A stretch of DNA of 63,887 bases, filler included, from Globobulimina sp. (GCA_003354225.1; 45 parts of 45 records of this genome joined end to end with filler, not necessarily neighbours in it), one strand, 5' to 3'. Positions 1 through 12,052 are shown, counted from the whole stretch's first letter. Notes: generated by a model from the sequence alone, not told the origin. Numbers and translations: made by a program.

Positions 1-134
1 TTTTTGACTTGTGGGATAAAATATATGTAGTCATATGCATATGATCAAACCACCTTAGGCTAACTCGTATGATTTTTTGTGGTGATGACAGATGGCAGAT
101 GCATGCTAGAATATTTTTTCCCACAAGTCTAAAA
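1..134. repeat. Imperfect inverted repeat / foldback
   Basis: TTTTGACTTGTGGGATAAAATAT at the left end pairs with ATATTTTTTCCCACAAGTCTAAAA at ~111-134. Confidence 0.7.
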
Positions 135-183
135 TCGTGATAAAGTTTTTCTATACCTTTGACCGTGTGACCGCTTAACGGTA

Positions 184-445
184 CTATAATGTGTGACTAT
201 AATATGTGACTATAATGTATGACTATAATCTATGACTCCAAAATTCTCGGTTTTAAACGTCTCTATAATTCTCTGATTTATATCATGAGAAAATGTTTCT
301 ATAATTCTCAGATTTATTCCGTTAGAAAACGTTTCTGAAAATGTTCCTGGAAAACGTTTCTGAAAATATAATTCTCTGATTTATTTTGTGAGAAAACATT
401 TCTATAATTCTCTGATTTACTTGGTCAGAAAACATTTCTAGAATA
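184..445. repeat. Degenerate tandem repeats (13-nt GACTATAATRTRT units, then ~36-nt TTCTATAATTCTCTGATTTA...AGAAAAC units)
   Basis: Direct repeats read in the sequence. Confidence 0.8.
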
Positions 446-518
446 ATCGGATTTATTAATTAGCTAATCGACTGTGTAGTTTATAGTGTGAATTAGTTGA
501 AACTATGTTATTTAAAAT

Positions 519-560
519 CACTGAGCTTTCGGCTATCGTAAAGAAGCCATTGTCAAAGTG
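519..560 (-). ncRNA. Minimal type I hammerhead ribozyme-like motif (U3-A8 variant)
   Basis: CACT-TTGACAA-T-GGCT...AGCC-GAAA-GC-TC-AGTG; identical to 10844-10885 (+). Confidence 0.75.
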
Positions 561-831
561 TTTAATTGAAGACTGTTTAACAAAAACTGTCACAAAACAA
601 AATACTACAAACAATCAAAACAAAAACACAAATAAAAAGGAAAACAAACAAACGTGAAAAATTTAATAAGCAATATATAACACAAAAAAACTTATCAACA
701 AATTAAATAAAAACTAAAATATAAAAACAAAAATAACTTAATAAAAACAATGGCAATCAATTCAAATCTTCACACAACAATGATAAATGAAATAAAATAA
801 CTAAATTAATAATAAACAAATACGCCACTCT

Positions 832-1225
832 TCACAGCATCGACACGAACGGTTCGTACTTTTCGCCCGGTTTTAATTTTAATAACTCTCTCTTCTCCCA
901 CTCTCTCCACCTGCTTTCGAACGACTTTCGTGGTAATTTAAACTCTAATAAATTGGCGTTTAACTCTTTCATTGTCCTCTAATAACTTCGCAATATCTCC
1001 TACCTCTTCCACCATATTAAAATCCAAACTTAGATCCAAATTTGTCTCGTTTTCATGCGAAATAATTAAGCTTTCATCCAATTTCTGTATATTTAACTCA
1101 GTAATATCTATATTTAACACTGAGTTGTTTGGAGTAATATCTATATTTAACCTTTCAGTGCTCAAGCGTTGAATCATTAAGTATCCTGTCTGAATATTCC
1201 GCGTAGTATGCTGACACAGTGTCAT
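832..1225 (-). pseudogene. Frameshifted 3' end of a putative retroelement ORF, homologous to 9962-10407
   Basis: IISHENETNLDLSLDFN, then in another frame PRKSFESRWREWEKRELL...YEPFVSML* (stop 834-832). Confidence 0.7.
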
Positions 1226-1323
1226 AATCTATCAATAAACTATTATTAAGATATTTATGCATTCAGGTGTACGGAGGAATATTATTCGATACGACAAAAA
1301 ATGATTCAACAAAAAATTTTGAA

Positions 1324-1423
1324 NNNNNNNNNNNNNNNNNNNNNNNNNNNNNNNNNNNNNNNNNNNNTTAATTAATTAANNNNNNNNNNNNNNNNNNNNN
1401 NNNNNNNNNNNNNNNNNNNNNNN
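1324..1423. other. Artificial contig linker (first of 44, recurring every ~1421-1423 bp)
   Basis: 44 N + TTAATTAATTAA (stops in all six frames) + 44 N, identical at every junction. Confidence 0.99.
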
Positions 1424-2846
1424 GTTATTAATAATATTAATTTAGATCTCAATGAAATGGGAATGTATTTGTAGTGATGATTTTTCGCAACTAAAACTCT
1501 ATAACAATTTTTCTCTTTAATTAAACTCAAAACAAAACTTATTGTCTTTCTGCTTGTGCAGTACTATCTGATTTCTTCCTTATTGTTTCATCCTTTACAT
1601 CAACCTTTGTAACTAGAGATTTATTTCGTGCTTGCATTGTTTTTGCAGCTCCATCAGTTCCATTATTCGGATTTCCTTTCAATAATTTCAAAAACATTGG
1701 TTTTCCGTCCACAATCTCAATATTCCAATGAATATCGCTATTTTTATATACTCTCTCTGCATTTAAATCTTTTAGGGCTTTTTTGAACTGTTTGTTTCCA
1801 CCATATCTGCTGCATCGCTTGACACATAAACCAATCAAATACATAAATATTGTAAATATCATCAACAAAATTGCTACTTTGGTTTGAGTTTCCTTTTTGT
1901 TTACAATCGCTGTTTTGTATTTGTTAATAAAATATTTTATAAATCGACAAACAACAACTTAACTGACAACAAACCAAACCATTCCAACAATAAAAAGAGA
2001 AATTGGAGCCCATGAATACATAAAAGAATTTGGTTGGGCATCACGATAAGATTGGTTGATATCTTTTACATCTAATTTTAGATTCCGTTTTGTAATCTAG
2101 ATATAACACAATGCATCGCATTGCAATTGCATGCAATAATGATATCGATGTGCGGTACAGACATTACATACGTATTGTTTTAGATCCTTGTGATATTTTG
2201 ATTGAAATCCTGTTCTGCAACAACAATCTTTTTCTAATTCTAATTCCAATAAAACCATGTTACAAATTAAGAACGTTTTAAGAATTATGCGTATAATTAT
2301 ATTTGTCATGCGATTTGCCGACGTACATGCAATTAAAGTGGGTTCTGCAGCTACAAAGGAGAAACTTCATGACATTATGTTTTCTCTGCTAAAATGATTG
2401 TAAAAACAGATTGATTTATCGGAGATTCAGATATCACTCTGATTTTTCATTATTAATAGCTGCACGCCTTAAAAAAAAACTAAAATATATAAAACAAATA
2501 TACAATATTGAATATTATATCGATCGAGATTTTCACAAACACAAAAATGAAAATGAGTTGCTACAAAGTTGACATGCATCGCAACGCTCGTTCTAGCATT
2601 TAAAAAATTGACACCACAACAATAAATCGAACTTTTTATTAGTATTTTCCTGCGGAGAACGTAAATTATCAACACCGCATTTCATAACTAATTGCTCCAT
2701 TTCATCAATATCATCATTATCAAACTCATCCAATAAATCTTGTTCGNNNNNNNNNNNNNNNNNNNNNNNNNNNNNNNNNNNNNNNNNNNNTTAATTAATT
2801 AANNNNNNNNNNNNNNNNNNNNNNNNNNNNNNNNNNNNNNNNNNNN

Positions 2847-3152
2847 TGGTTTTTGTGGATTTATTGTTAATGTTAATTCAAATAACACTTCCAAATTATT
2901 TACTAATAACTCACGAAAACGTTTGGATCTCTTAAAAACGACATTAATTAACATCAATGCTAACAATCTTGTTTGTGGGTGTTTATGTGACAATTTCTCA
3001 AATAACTGTTCAAAACAGACTTCAATCATAATATTGTCGCCTCGTAATAGAGACTTAAATTCCGTTACAGTTTCATGCGAAACCAGCACTATATTATGTT
3101 TAGTATTTTCATCTATAATCTGATGCAGTCTGTTTCGGAAAACATTATCCAT
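2847..3152 (-). CDS. UVSSA: UVSSA N-terminal VHS-like domain (3'-truncated)
   Basis: LSHKHPQTRLLALMLINVVFKRSKRFRELLVNNLEVLFELTLTINPQKP resembles the UVSSA N-terminus. Confidence 0.7.
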
Positions 3153-3183
3153 CTTCAAAAAACCTTTAGTTACTACTAAAAGT

Positions 3184-4169
3184 ATGTCGGAGCTGAGTAT
3201 TAAAAAAGGAGATATTGTACTTATTAATACAAAAGATCATTTCATTGGAGTTGTTCGTTACATTGGTACTGTCGAGAATCTATCAAAGAGCAATTTTGAT
3301 AATTATATTGGAATTGAAATTAAATTCAAACGCAATCCACAGTCATATGGTACAAGCAATGGAAGGCCGTATTTTATCACTTCAAACAATAATGCTTTAT
3401 TCGTCAAACAAGACAGTATTATCCGAAAATTTCCTCCCTTAGAATTATTACAATTAATTCCAACCGACATCATAAACACAAGTTTATTCCCTAAAATTAC
3501 AGATATCCCTCAAACCAAAACAGTTAAATGTGATATATCATCAACATATATGTTATGTGATTGATCAACAATTAAATATCATACCGTATCCAATATATAG
3601 GACGAAGGCGATAGCAAAGAAACGGATTTATATCGTTTACAAAGACAATTAAGTTTGACTATGAACGAAAATGAAGTCACTACGTTGCTCGCTTTTTGTC
3701 AAAATGAAGGTTATGATGAATTAGAAACTGTGCAATGCGATATCGATGAATATGATATTAAAGAGAATTCGTCGATAATTGTTGATCACATGAAACAAGA
3801 ATTTGATTGGAATGACACAACGCAACAACAGTTTGTTCATAATATCAGCAAAGCATTGGGCAATGCTGATGCTCGAGCCACTGTATCCTGCATTGTACCA
3901 ACATCAGATCCTCGAATTCCAAGCACACAGAAACCGCCACTTCCTTCCCCTTCGAATTCCCCTTCCCAGACACCGCCACATCTCCCAACAATTTATGATT
4001 TTATAATCCCTGCTTCCCTCTTACAACAACACCACCATCAAAACGCACGCGATATCGATATTATTATTGCATGTTTCGAACGAAATGAAATACCCAATCA
4101 ACAGACACATAAATTGCGCAAATTCTTTGGGGATAATAATGTCTGTACATTTGATCAATTACAAAACAG
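3184..4169 (+). CDS. CAP-Gly domain protein, spliced (acceptor ~3600), partial
   Basis: GVVRYIG...YIGIEI...GTSNGRPYF...ALFVK CAP-Gly pattern; second exon has an acidic EGYDELETVQCDI motif. Confidence 0.65.
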
Positions 4170-4517
4170 NNNNNNNNNNNNNNNNNNNNNNNNNNNNNNN
4201 NNNNNNNNNNNNNTTAATTAATTAANNNNNNNNNNNNNNNNNNNNNNNNNNNNNNNNNNNNNNNNNNNNCTGTTTGCCAAACAGTATATTTACTGTTTGG
4301 CCACTGCTTTTGTATCTAAACACAGTAGAGCTGAGGATTGCTTTTTTGACAGGCAAAATTTGGTGTACCCAAAAATGAGTTAACACGCTGCAGCAGTATG
4401 TTGGTGATGTTGGAACCAGAACCAAATGTTGACAGCTTATTTTTGCATATTGACACTTTGTGTGTTATATATAATGCACAAAATAATAATACATCTCATT
4501 CATAATTAGTAAAATGA

Positions 4518-5371
4518 TCAAATCAGTAAAGCGTTTTTTGCTTTGAGTAATTTTTTCAAATCTTGACATGATTGCTCCGTTTTGCTTGAATCGCTTATTA
4601 ATATTTTGCTCAATTCAAATGTCAATGTTCCCATTGTGTCCAAAATATCCATTTCGTGAATACTCCGAAAACGAGATGTTGCAGGATATGTAAGCCTTGG
4701 TTTTGAACGCATTGCATTAGATATATCCCCTTCATCTGATTCTGAACTGGAATCATCATCGTCCTATTTATTAGGTGCTGTATGTTGTATATTGCATTCA
4801 ATATAATCCATGATATTAAACCTGTATTGGCCTTAAAGCACTTCTGTGAACTGTTTTAATCATTGTTTGGAATGCAGGTGTTTGATAAGCACATTTTAAC
4901 CATTCACCGTCTTCGTCATTTATTACATCTGTTACTTTTCCCAAACACCATCGACTGTGAGTACTTGAATATATTTCTACTTTATCGGATATCGTCAATG
5001 ACATCACTGTTACTGATAAAATAATAATTAAAACAAATAAAAGTTATTTCATGCGGAATTATTAAATTCTTCAATACATTTTCTGCACTTCTGAGATAGC
5101 CAAATATTAAGCAATTTGACAGTTGTTTCCTTAATGATTCCTCAATGTTTTCACTATTTGCAGTTTCCAGATGGTAATATGTTCGAATTTGGCAAGAATC
5201 GCGTTTTTTTCGTTTAACAAATGTATGATTACGATTCTGAATCACAAGCCATTCTCCTTCTTCATCAGTGTATATATTAATAATTTCCCCGAAAATCCAT
5301 TTCTTCTGTTTTTTGGAATATATTTGAAGCGTTGATTTAATCTTCCATGATTCGATGCTTTTTTTTTGCAT
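4518..5371 (-). CDS. Protein with two Tudor/SH3-like repeats and a GYLR module; frame break near 4990 and introns
   Basis: IYSKKQKKWIFGEIINIYTDEEGEWL and IYSSTHSRWCLGKVTDVINDEDGEWL are homologous repeats. Confidence 0.55.
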
Positions 5372-5692
5372 GAAGAGTTTAATTTAAATTGACTAAGGTC
5401 TAAGGCAGACAGTTTTTTAGCATTTTATTGTTTTCTCACACATACGACAATCTGACAATTGACTACTGCCAATTAAGTTCGGAGGCTTAACATTTGAAAG
5501 CATGTCACTTTTACAGTCACTTCTAGCCGAGATTGGATTTTTAAACTACGATAGCGGTTTACATACGAAACATCTATGCAACATAAGCATATNNNNNNNN
5601 NNNNNNNNNNNNNNNNNNNNNNNNNNNNNNNNNNNNTTAATTAATTAANNNNNNNNNNNNNNNNNNNNNNNNNNNNNNNNNNNNNNNNNNNN

Positions 5693-6350
5693 AGCAAACT
5701 GTCGCCGTGCCCTCCAGAGACGTCCACGAATATGGCTTTGTACTGCGTCACCATGGAAAAAATATGCATGCGATACAAGTCCATGAATTTGGATAAATAA
5801 TCGTAGGCATTGCCGTCCTCAGATTGCAGGTTGTTTGTAGCCGGCAATAAGGACTCCAAATATTTTAGTCTCCGAGACAGGAATTCCTGCCGTAGCAATA
5901 ACTGATTATTGTCATTGTTGAACACGTTCATTCGCTGCAAATAGCCGATGATTTTGAGGCATTGTGGTAATTGAATGCCTTTTTCCAGCGATATTAGCAG
6001 TTCGTTTAAGATATATTTTTGCGTTTTTTTCATTTGCTGCATCAACTGCGATAAAATCAAAATGTTTTTATCGTTTCTGTTGTATAAATCCATTGCGTAC
6101 GCTTGCAAATCCAGGGCTTCTTCGTACAATTTGGAGCGAGCACATTTCCACATTAATTGCGGCAATTCCAAGATCTCCAACACTTTCATTTGGTTGCTCA
6201 CGATTTGACGATGCGATTTGCGCTTTTCTCCTAAGTCGCTGCCATTTTGCTGGAAGTCTTTGGATTTGCTGATTAGATTTGGTACTGTCGATATTATGTC
6301 ATCGACGTGGGATTGCATCGAATGGACTAAGTTTTGCGATTCGTTGACAG
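5693..6350 (-). CDS. COG8: COG complex subunit 8 (Dor1), internal fragment
   Basis: LEILELPQLM...YEEALDL, IQLPQCLKIIGYLQRM, MVTQYKAIF. Confidence 0.85.
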
Positions 6351-7015
6351 TGGATGAGAAATATGGGAGTCTTCAGAAAGTGTTACAATTTGCACAATCA
6401 TTTGAAGGGAGAAGAAAACAAACAATCACGAATCAGAATGCGTATACAATACCATCTGAAAAACACCAATTATTGAAATTATCATCAAAGTCCAATATGA
6501 AATTGAATGAATTATTAGATTATTGGTCGAAAAATAGAAAAAATATCGAAAATATGAATTGCAATGAACCAGCCACCAAATGGTTATTTACCTTAACGTG
6601 CAACAATAAATTTGTGAGTGAACTATTCGAATTATTTGAAGACGACAGTAAATTCGCTGGACATTTGAAATTATTTCAAAATCCGGATCCACGCAAATCA
6701 CAAAGATTGGTGCAACTAAGTTTCATTCGAAAGCAATTAGTGACAGATATTGCAGCAAAGATAAGCGGTAAAACCATGTCTGAGGCTATGAATATTTTAT
6801 TGGGTGAAATATTAAAAAACGTAGAAAACAAAGATGTGGTTAAATTAGAATCATTGATTCAGAATTGGGACAATATAAAAACCACAAATGAATCCATCAC
6901 ATCTTTGAAATTCCACAACGATCGGTCGTTGTTACAGCGGTTAAAATCATTTCGATTTCGAAATAAAGAGTTATTCATTGAATTAAAGCCCTCGTTTCAG
7001 GCATTTGATGAAAAA
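6351..7015 (+). CDS. Unknown protein fragment joined to the COG8 piece
   Basis: Long open frame; composition changes near 6350. Confidence 0.45.
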
Positions 7016-7115
7016 NNNNNNNNNNNNNNNNNNNNNNNNNNNNNNNNNNNNNNNNNNNNTTAATTAATTAANNNNNNNNNNNNNNNNNNNNNNNNNNNNN
7101 NNNNNNNNNNNNNNN

Positions 7116-7234
7116 TGTTTAGTATATCTGTTGGTAGCCCGGTATCGTTTTGCATGGTGTAATTTCGTGTGGATGGATCGAAAACAATTTTGTTTGTGTT
7201 GCCTCCGCCGTAGGAATTGGCTCCACCATAAATT
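7116..7234. repeat. 119-nt terminal direct repeat (identical to 8320-8438)
   Basis: Contig start and end match exactly. Confidence 0.95.
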
Positions 7235-7657
7235 TTGATTAAGTCATTGACATAGTCGTTGGCACTTTTGCACTGAAATGATACCAGCCTAGTGCTAACT
7301 AACTTTTTTCTAAGTGCTAATACTTAAAACTTCGAAAAACATTTAGTGAATTGCATGCAAGGAGCGTGGATGCGTGGATTAATTAAAAGTACTAATTCCA
7401 CTCCTCCCTTGACTTGATTATAGAATTTATAATTCATTTGAAAAATACCTCTTGCATAAAATTATTGTACTCATAAAAATCCATAAGAAGCATCAGAAAC
7501 TATTATATGATCCATGAAATGCATATCTCTTTGTGTTTGACAATGTTTTTATTTATTTTTTAATGGAAAATGTGTGTGTTTTAATTTAAGTATTTGAGAA
7601 AATACTGTATACACAAATATGTACAACAGAAACACAATAATAATGAAAAATAAAAAA

Positions 7658-7726
7658 TGTGATGATAGGGATTTGAACCAAAATCTTCTTTAATTAGATT
7701 AGATGCTTTCCTTAAGCTATCATCAC
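7658..7726 (-). ncRNA. tRNA-like element, degenerate copy
   Basis: GTGATGA/TCATCAC acceptor stem, TAGCTTAAGG A-box, GGTTCAAATCC B-box; aberrant anticodon arm. Confidence 0.6.
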
Positions 7727-7829
7727 AAAATGCAAATTCTTAATATCTAAAACAACGCCTTGTGATCCAAATATGCTCCATGCGATTATAAAATCTAAAT
7801 AGTAATTATTAATATTAAAGTGCGAGGAT

Positions 7830-8438
7830 ATTACATAATTGCCAGCGAAACAGTCAATTTTAATGGACCGAATACCGGCTCTTTCCACAGTTAATTCGGC
7901 GGTTAGAACACTGCAATTTTGTTCAGTGAGCGGGTCACATTTCCAAATGGTACGAACTATGTCAGTATCGGCCTCACCATTTTGACCACCGAACACAAAC
8001 AACGAACCGTTATAATATTCACACGCTGGCTCTTTTAACATGGATAAGGCGTCGTGTTGCGTTGCTGTGCATGTCTGTGGTGCCGCGTTGCTGAGTGAAC
8101 AGATTTGAATCACATTCAAACCGACAGAGTATAATGTGGCTGTGGCGTCGTCTATGCATAGTCCAGGACTGTATTGCATGGCGCTTTCGTCTAAATAGGC
8201 ATAGCTGGCAACAGTGTCATCAATCCTATTGAGACCGGAGATATTTGCGCTGTTTTGAGAGATGAAATATATGATATTGTCTGCGTTGGGCCCGATGATT
8301 TGGGCACTGCCACTCGATGTGTTTAGTATATCTGTTGGTAGCCCGGTATCGTTTTGCATGGTGTAATTTCGTGTGGATGGATCGAAAACAATTTTGTTTG
8401 TGTTGCCTCCGCCGTAGGAATTGGCTCCACCATAAATT
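7830..8438 (-). CDS. Kelch-like beta-propeller fragment (frame continues through the terminal repeat to ~7290)
   Basis: PACEYYNGSLFVFGGQ...IWKCDPLT...LTVERAG. Confidence 0.55.
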
Positions 8439-8538
8439 NNNNNNNNNNNNNNNNNNNNNNNNNNNNNNNNNNNNNNNNNNNNTTAATTAATTAANNNNNN
8501 NNNNNNNNNNNNNNNNNNNNNNNNNNNNNNNNNNNNNN

Positions 8539-8616
8539 GCACTCAGAGCACGCAGAGCACTCAGAGCACGCAGAGCACTCAGAGCACGCAGAGCACTCAG
8601 AGCACGCAGAGCACTC
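8539..8616. repeat. 18-nt tandem repeat GCACTCAGAGCACGCAGA, ~4 copies
   Basis: Read directly. Confidence 0.95.
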
Positions 8617-8665
8617 AAAAATATTGTCTCTGGAAATTGTTTGGTCAGAAAGAAGTGGAAACACA

Positions 8666-9400
8666 CTAACTTTGGGGAGCGTTTCCATTGTTATTTTCTT
8701 GATAGATGACAGTTCGTGTTCTTGCATTCAATACATCGATAGATGTACCATTTAGCATCCAGTAATTCTCATTATTATGAAAGTTATATAGCGGGATCCA
8801 GTAATTCTCATTATTTACCTCACCGAATTTACCCCATGCATTCCTATAATAATAATATCGATTACTACCATTATGTAAATCCATTTGTATAAATTCATCA
8901 CATAACTCCATTCTTTTCAACATACGTGAAATATAATAATTATTTCTGCTAAATCTCATAGCACCCATTTCAAACCAAATATTACTCTGCGACTCATTGT
9001 ACGATATCGAGTGACTAAATGTATTGCCACCAATACGTGGGAGTCGTTCAATTAATAATTTGTTATATTTACTGCCTAATACATTATTTTCATGTTGATC
9101 TAAAAAATGCATTGTATGTATTCCTGTAGCACCTCCACCTACAATTATTATATCATATGAATTGGGTAAGTCAGGTTTATCGCTGCCATCTTTATTTGAA
9201 ATTGATGAAAAATAATCTGTTATTCGGTCAATATTGGATAATACCGCACTAAATATTATTACAAAAAATAATACTAAGAAATGAGATGTTGTCCATTTCT
9301 TTGTTCTATGTCTGCCACTTGAATTTGAAAGATTGGCATCTTTATCTTCAACTAATAACGCAGATCTATGCGTTAATTGTGGTTCTGACGTATATTGCAT
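8666..9400 (-). CDS. Membrane-anchored flavin amine/amino-acid oxidase family, N-terminal part
   Basis: TM segment, DIIIVGGGATG, IERLPRIGG, FEMGAMRF. Confidence 0.75.
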   Translation of the reverse strand: MQYTSEPQLTHRSALLVEDKDANLSNSSGRHRTKKWTTSHFLVLFFVIIFSAVLSNIDRITDYFSSISNKDGSDKPDLPNSYDIIIVGGGATGIHTMHFLDQHENNVLGSKYNKLLIERLPRIGGNTFSHSISYNESQSNIWFEMGAMRFSRNNYYISRMLKRMELCDEFIQMDLHNGSNRYYYYRNAWGKFGEVNNENYWIPLYNFHNNENYWMLNGTSIDVLNARTRTVIYQENNNGNAPQS

Positions 9401-9534
9401 ATTAGGTCAAGATATTAGGATTTTAAAAAACACTGATATTAAGATTTTCTTGAAGTGCTAGTCAGCTCATTAGTAAACTTTCAAAATTCAAATCCACACT
9501 ATTACTTCCTATTTTTCCTATTTCCCCTAAAGTA

Positions 9535-9861
9535 ATGTCTCAATGGACCCACAAACAGCATAATAATGGAAACCGTGGAAATAACAGGAATTACCATCAA
9601 AACAACACAGATTCCTCAGTGAATAATAATTCCTCAGTCTATCAAAATAATGTGCAAAATGCATATAACAGCCCGACGCCATATGGTGCCCCAACATATG
9701 CCCAATCCACCTTTAACAACAATAACCATCCAAGTGCCTCCATCGTTGACTCACAACGCAATAACAACAACAATAAAGTTTCGCAACGCAAAGAAAAGGA
9801 AGAGATCGCAGCGCTGCCAGCGCAGCAAGGCATTGCAAATAAAAAACAACAAGACACATTT
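9535..9861 (+). CDS. Asn/Gln-rich N-terminus of an unknown protein
   Basis: ATG-initiated low-complexity ORF running off the contig. Confidence 0.5.
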
Positions 9862-9961
9862 NNNNNNNNNNNNNNNNNNNNNNNNNNNNNNNNNNNNNNN
9901 NNNNNTTAATTAATTAANNNNNNNNNNNNNNNNNNNNNNNNNNNNNNNNNNNNNNNNNNNN

Positions 9962-10407
9962 TTCAGGCAACGTCAGCTTTAAGTACAGATTTATCAAAAA
10001 TTGAAGAAAATGAAGTCGCAGAGGATATAGATTGGGAAGCATTTATGAGAAACGATTTTATTCTGGATCTGAATGAGTCGAATCTGAATTCGACAATTTC
10101 TGATATTGAAAACGCGCAGTTATTGGAGCCAAATCTATTGAATTTGAATGCAAATCAAATTATTAATCATGAAAATGATACCAATTTAGATTTTGATATC
10201 ACTTTTAATAATATCACAAACCATGAGGAATTATTAGAGTTATTGGACGACGAATTAAATGAAATAAATAATACAATGGAAATTAGTTTCAGTATCGAGC
10301 CAGAACCACGTATACCATTCCAAACTAAATGGGAAAACTGGGAAAAAAGTGAATTATTAGAAGTGAGCGAGGATGGCGAGTACATACCCTTTGCGTCGAT
10401 GTTATGA
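9962..10407 (+). CDS. Acidic C-terminus of a putative retroelement ORF
   Basis: Homologous to 832-1225; followed by a T-rich tract and the hammerhead-like motif. Confidence 0.65.
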
Positions 10408-10843
10408 CATATTTGCAGTTTATTGTTGTTTTATTTGTTCATTTATAGGCGTTTAATTATGATTTATTTGGTTGGCGGTTCATTGTTGGGGGGGGAGGTT
10501 CGTTTGATTTTGTGTCTGTTTATAACAAAGTTTAGTGTAATTTCCTCCCCCTGGTGTGTTTGCTATGTCTTATTTATCATTGTCAAGTGTTACATTATAT
10601 GTTCATTGTTGTTTATCATTTATTTCAACGTTGGGTTTGGTTTTATACTTTATTTTATTTTTACTTTTTTGTTGAAATATCTATTTATTTAAAAAGAATC
10701 ACGTTTGTATATGATTCATTAGTGTCTATGTTTTGTGTTATTCATTTTACAAATATGTGACGTGTGATTATCTCTTTTGGTGTGTCTTCGTTTGAGTGTT
10801 GTAGTTTTTTGTGATTGAAAAATCAACTAACTTTCAATTAAAA

Positions 10844-10885
10844 CACTTTGACAATGGCTTCTTTACGATAGCCGAAAGCTCAGTG
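10844..10885 (+). ncRNA. Minimal type I hammerhead ribozyme-like motif (U3-A8 variant)
   Basis: Stem I CACT/AGTG, core TTGACAA, stem II GGCT/AGCC, GAAA, palindromic AGCT stem III, UC cleavage site at 10880-10881. Confidence 0.75.
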
Positions 10886-11384
10886 AATTCATTCGTTTTA
10901 AGATTCAACTAATTCACACTATAATCTTGTTTAAATTTCTTACAATATAATTTGTTTTAATATTATTGAGATATGATGTTTATTCGCCAGAGGATATGAA
11001 TGGTTTATCGAAGTCTGATAAGAAAGAGATTATACAACAAGCAAAGCAGAAACGATTAATTGATGGCTTTTATTTGTTTTGACCTATTTTTGCCCGATTT
11101 TATGTGTGATTCGTCGTGATTGCTTTGTGTGTGCTATTTTGGCTCATTGTGGTTATTTTGTGTGCGTTTGTGTTTATGTTTTGTTTATGCCATTATTTGT
11201 ATGTTGTTGTGACATTATTTGTAAGTTGTTATGTTGTGTTACTTATTATCATGACTCAATCTGTTGTTATTTTGTCCATAATGANNNNNNNNNNNNNNNN
11301 NNNNNNNNNNNNNNNNNNNNNNNNNNNNTTAATTAATTAANNNNNNNNNNNNNNNNNNNNNNNNNNNNNNNNNNNNNNNNNNNN

Positions 11385-11870
11385 TCATATATTGTGATAA
11401 TGAATAACCACATAATTCCATCACAAGACAGGGTCCAATCAATGGCGAATATAAATGGAATATGGGGTTATTGGCAGTTGTGCAGTATAATAATTCTTTA
11501 CATTTGATAATGAAACGTTTGCCAACTTCTTGCGTGGAAATCTGATTTAAATGTATCAGCCGTTTACCTTCGTTGGCAAATATTTGTTCATATTTTTTTC
11601 TACGGTTTACATCGCAATTTATGTTGATTTCATTTTTAATCATTTTTATAGCAAATCGTCTTTGTTTTTGGTGGCAATTATTTACATCATATTTTTCAAT
11701 GACATTCCAAATCTCACCAAATGTGCCAGAACCAATAAGTTTGGTCGTCATATATTTATACGTTGTCGTGTTGATATTATAACGGGTACTGTTAAAAGTA
11801 TTATTTATTTTATTCTCATTTGGTTCAATGGGCTGCGTTAAATTTAATTTTATTGTCGCATTTTGAGTCA
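11385..11870 (-). CDS. Protein kinase N-lobe fragment
   Basis: IGSGTFGEIW, FAIKMI, CLVMELCG. Confidence 0.75.
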
Positions 11871-12052
11871 TTTTTGGTGAAATAGCAAAATATGTGTGTA
11901 TCTGTCTCGAATATGTTGATTTCAACTTTTTAATGTTTTTAATTAAAAGTGAAATTACTCCACTTACTGGCAGTGAAGTAAAATAGAAACGAAAAACATA
12001 AAACCTTATATATAAAACAAACAAAAATGTGATGATTGGGAGAATAAAAAAA

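Noticed and set aside
260-445. CRISPR-like repeat-spacer pattern
   Set aside because: Degenerate minisatellite without unique spacers of constant length
6218-6350. Overlapping antisense genes (COG8 and the 281-aa ORF)
   Set aside because: COG8 breaks mid-protein with a composition shift; better explained as a chimeric junction
8491-8727. Cys-rich SACSEC metallothionein-like ORF
   Set aside because: Translation of an 18-nt tandem repeat at a contig end
10423-11340. Hydrophobic Phe/Cys/Val-rich ORFs
   Set aside because: By-product of T/G-rich non-coding sequence
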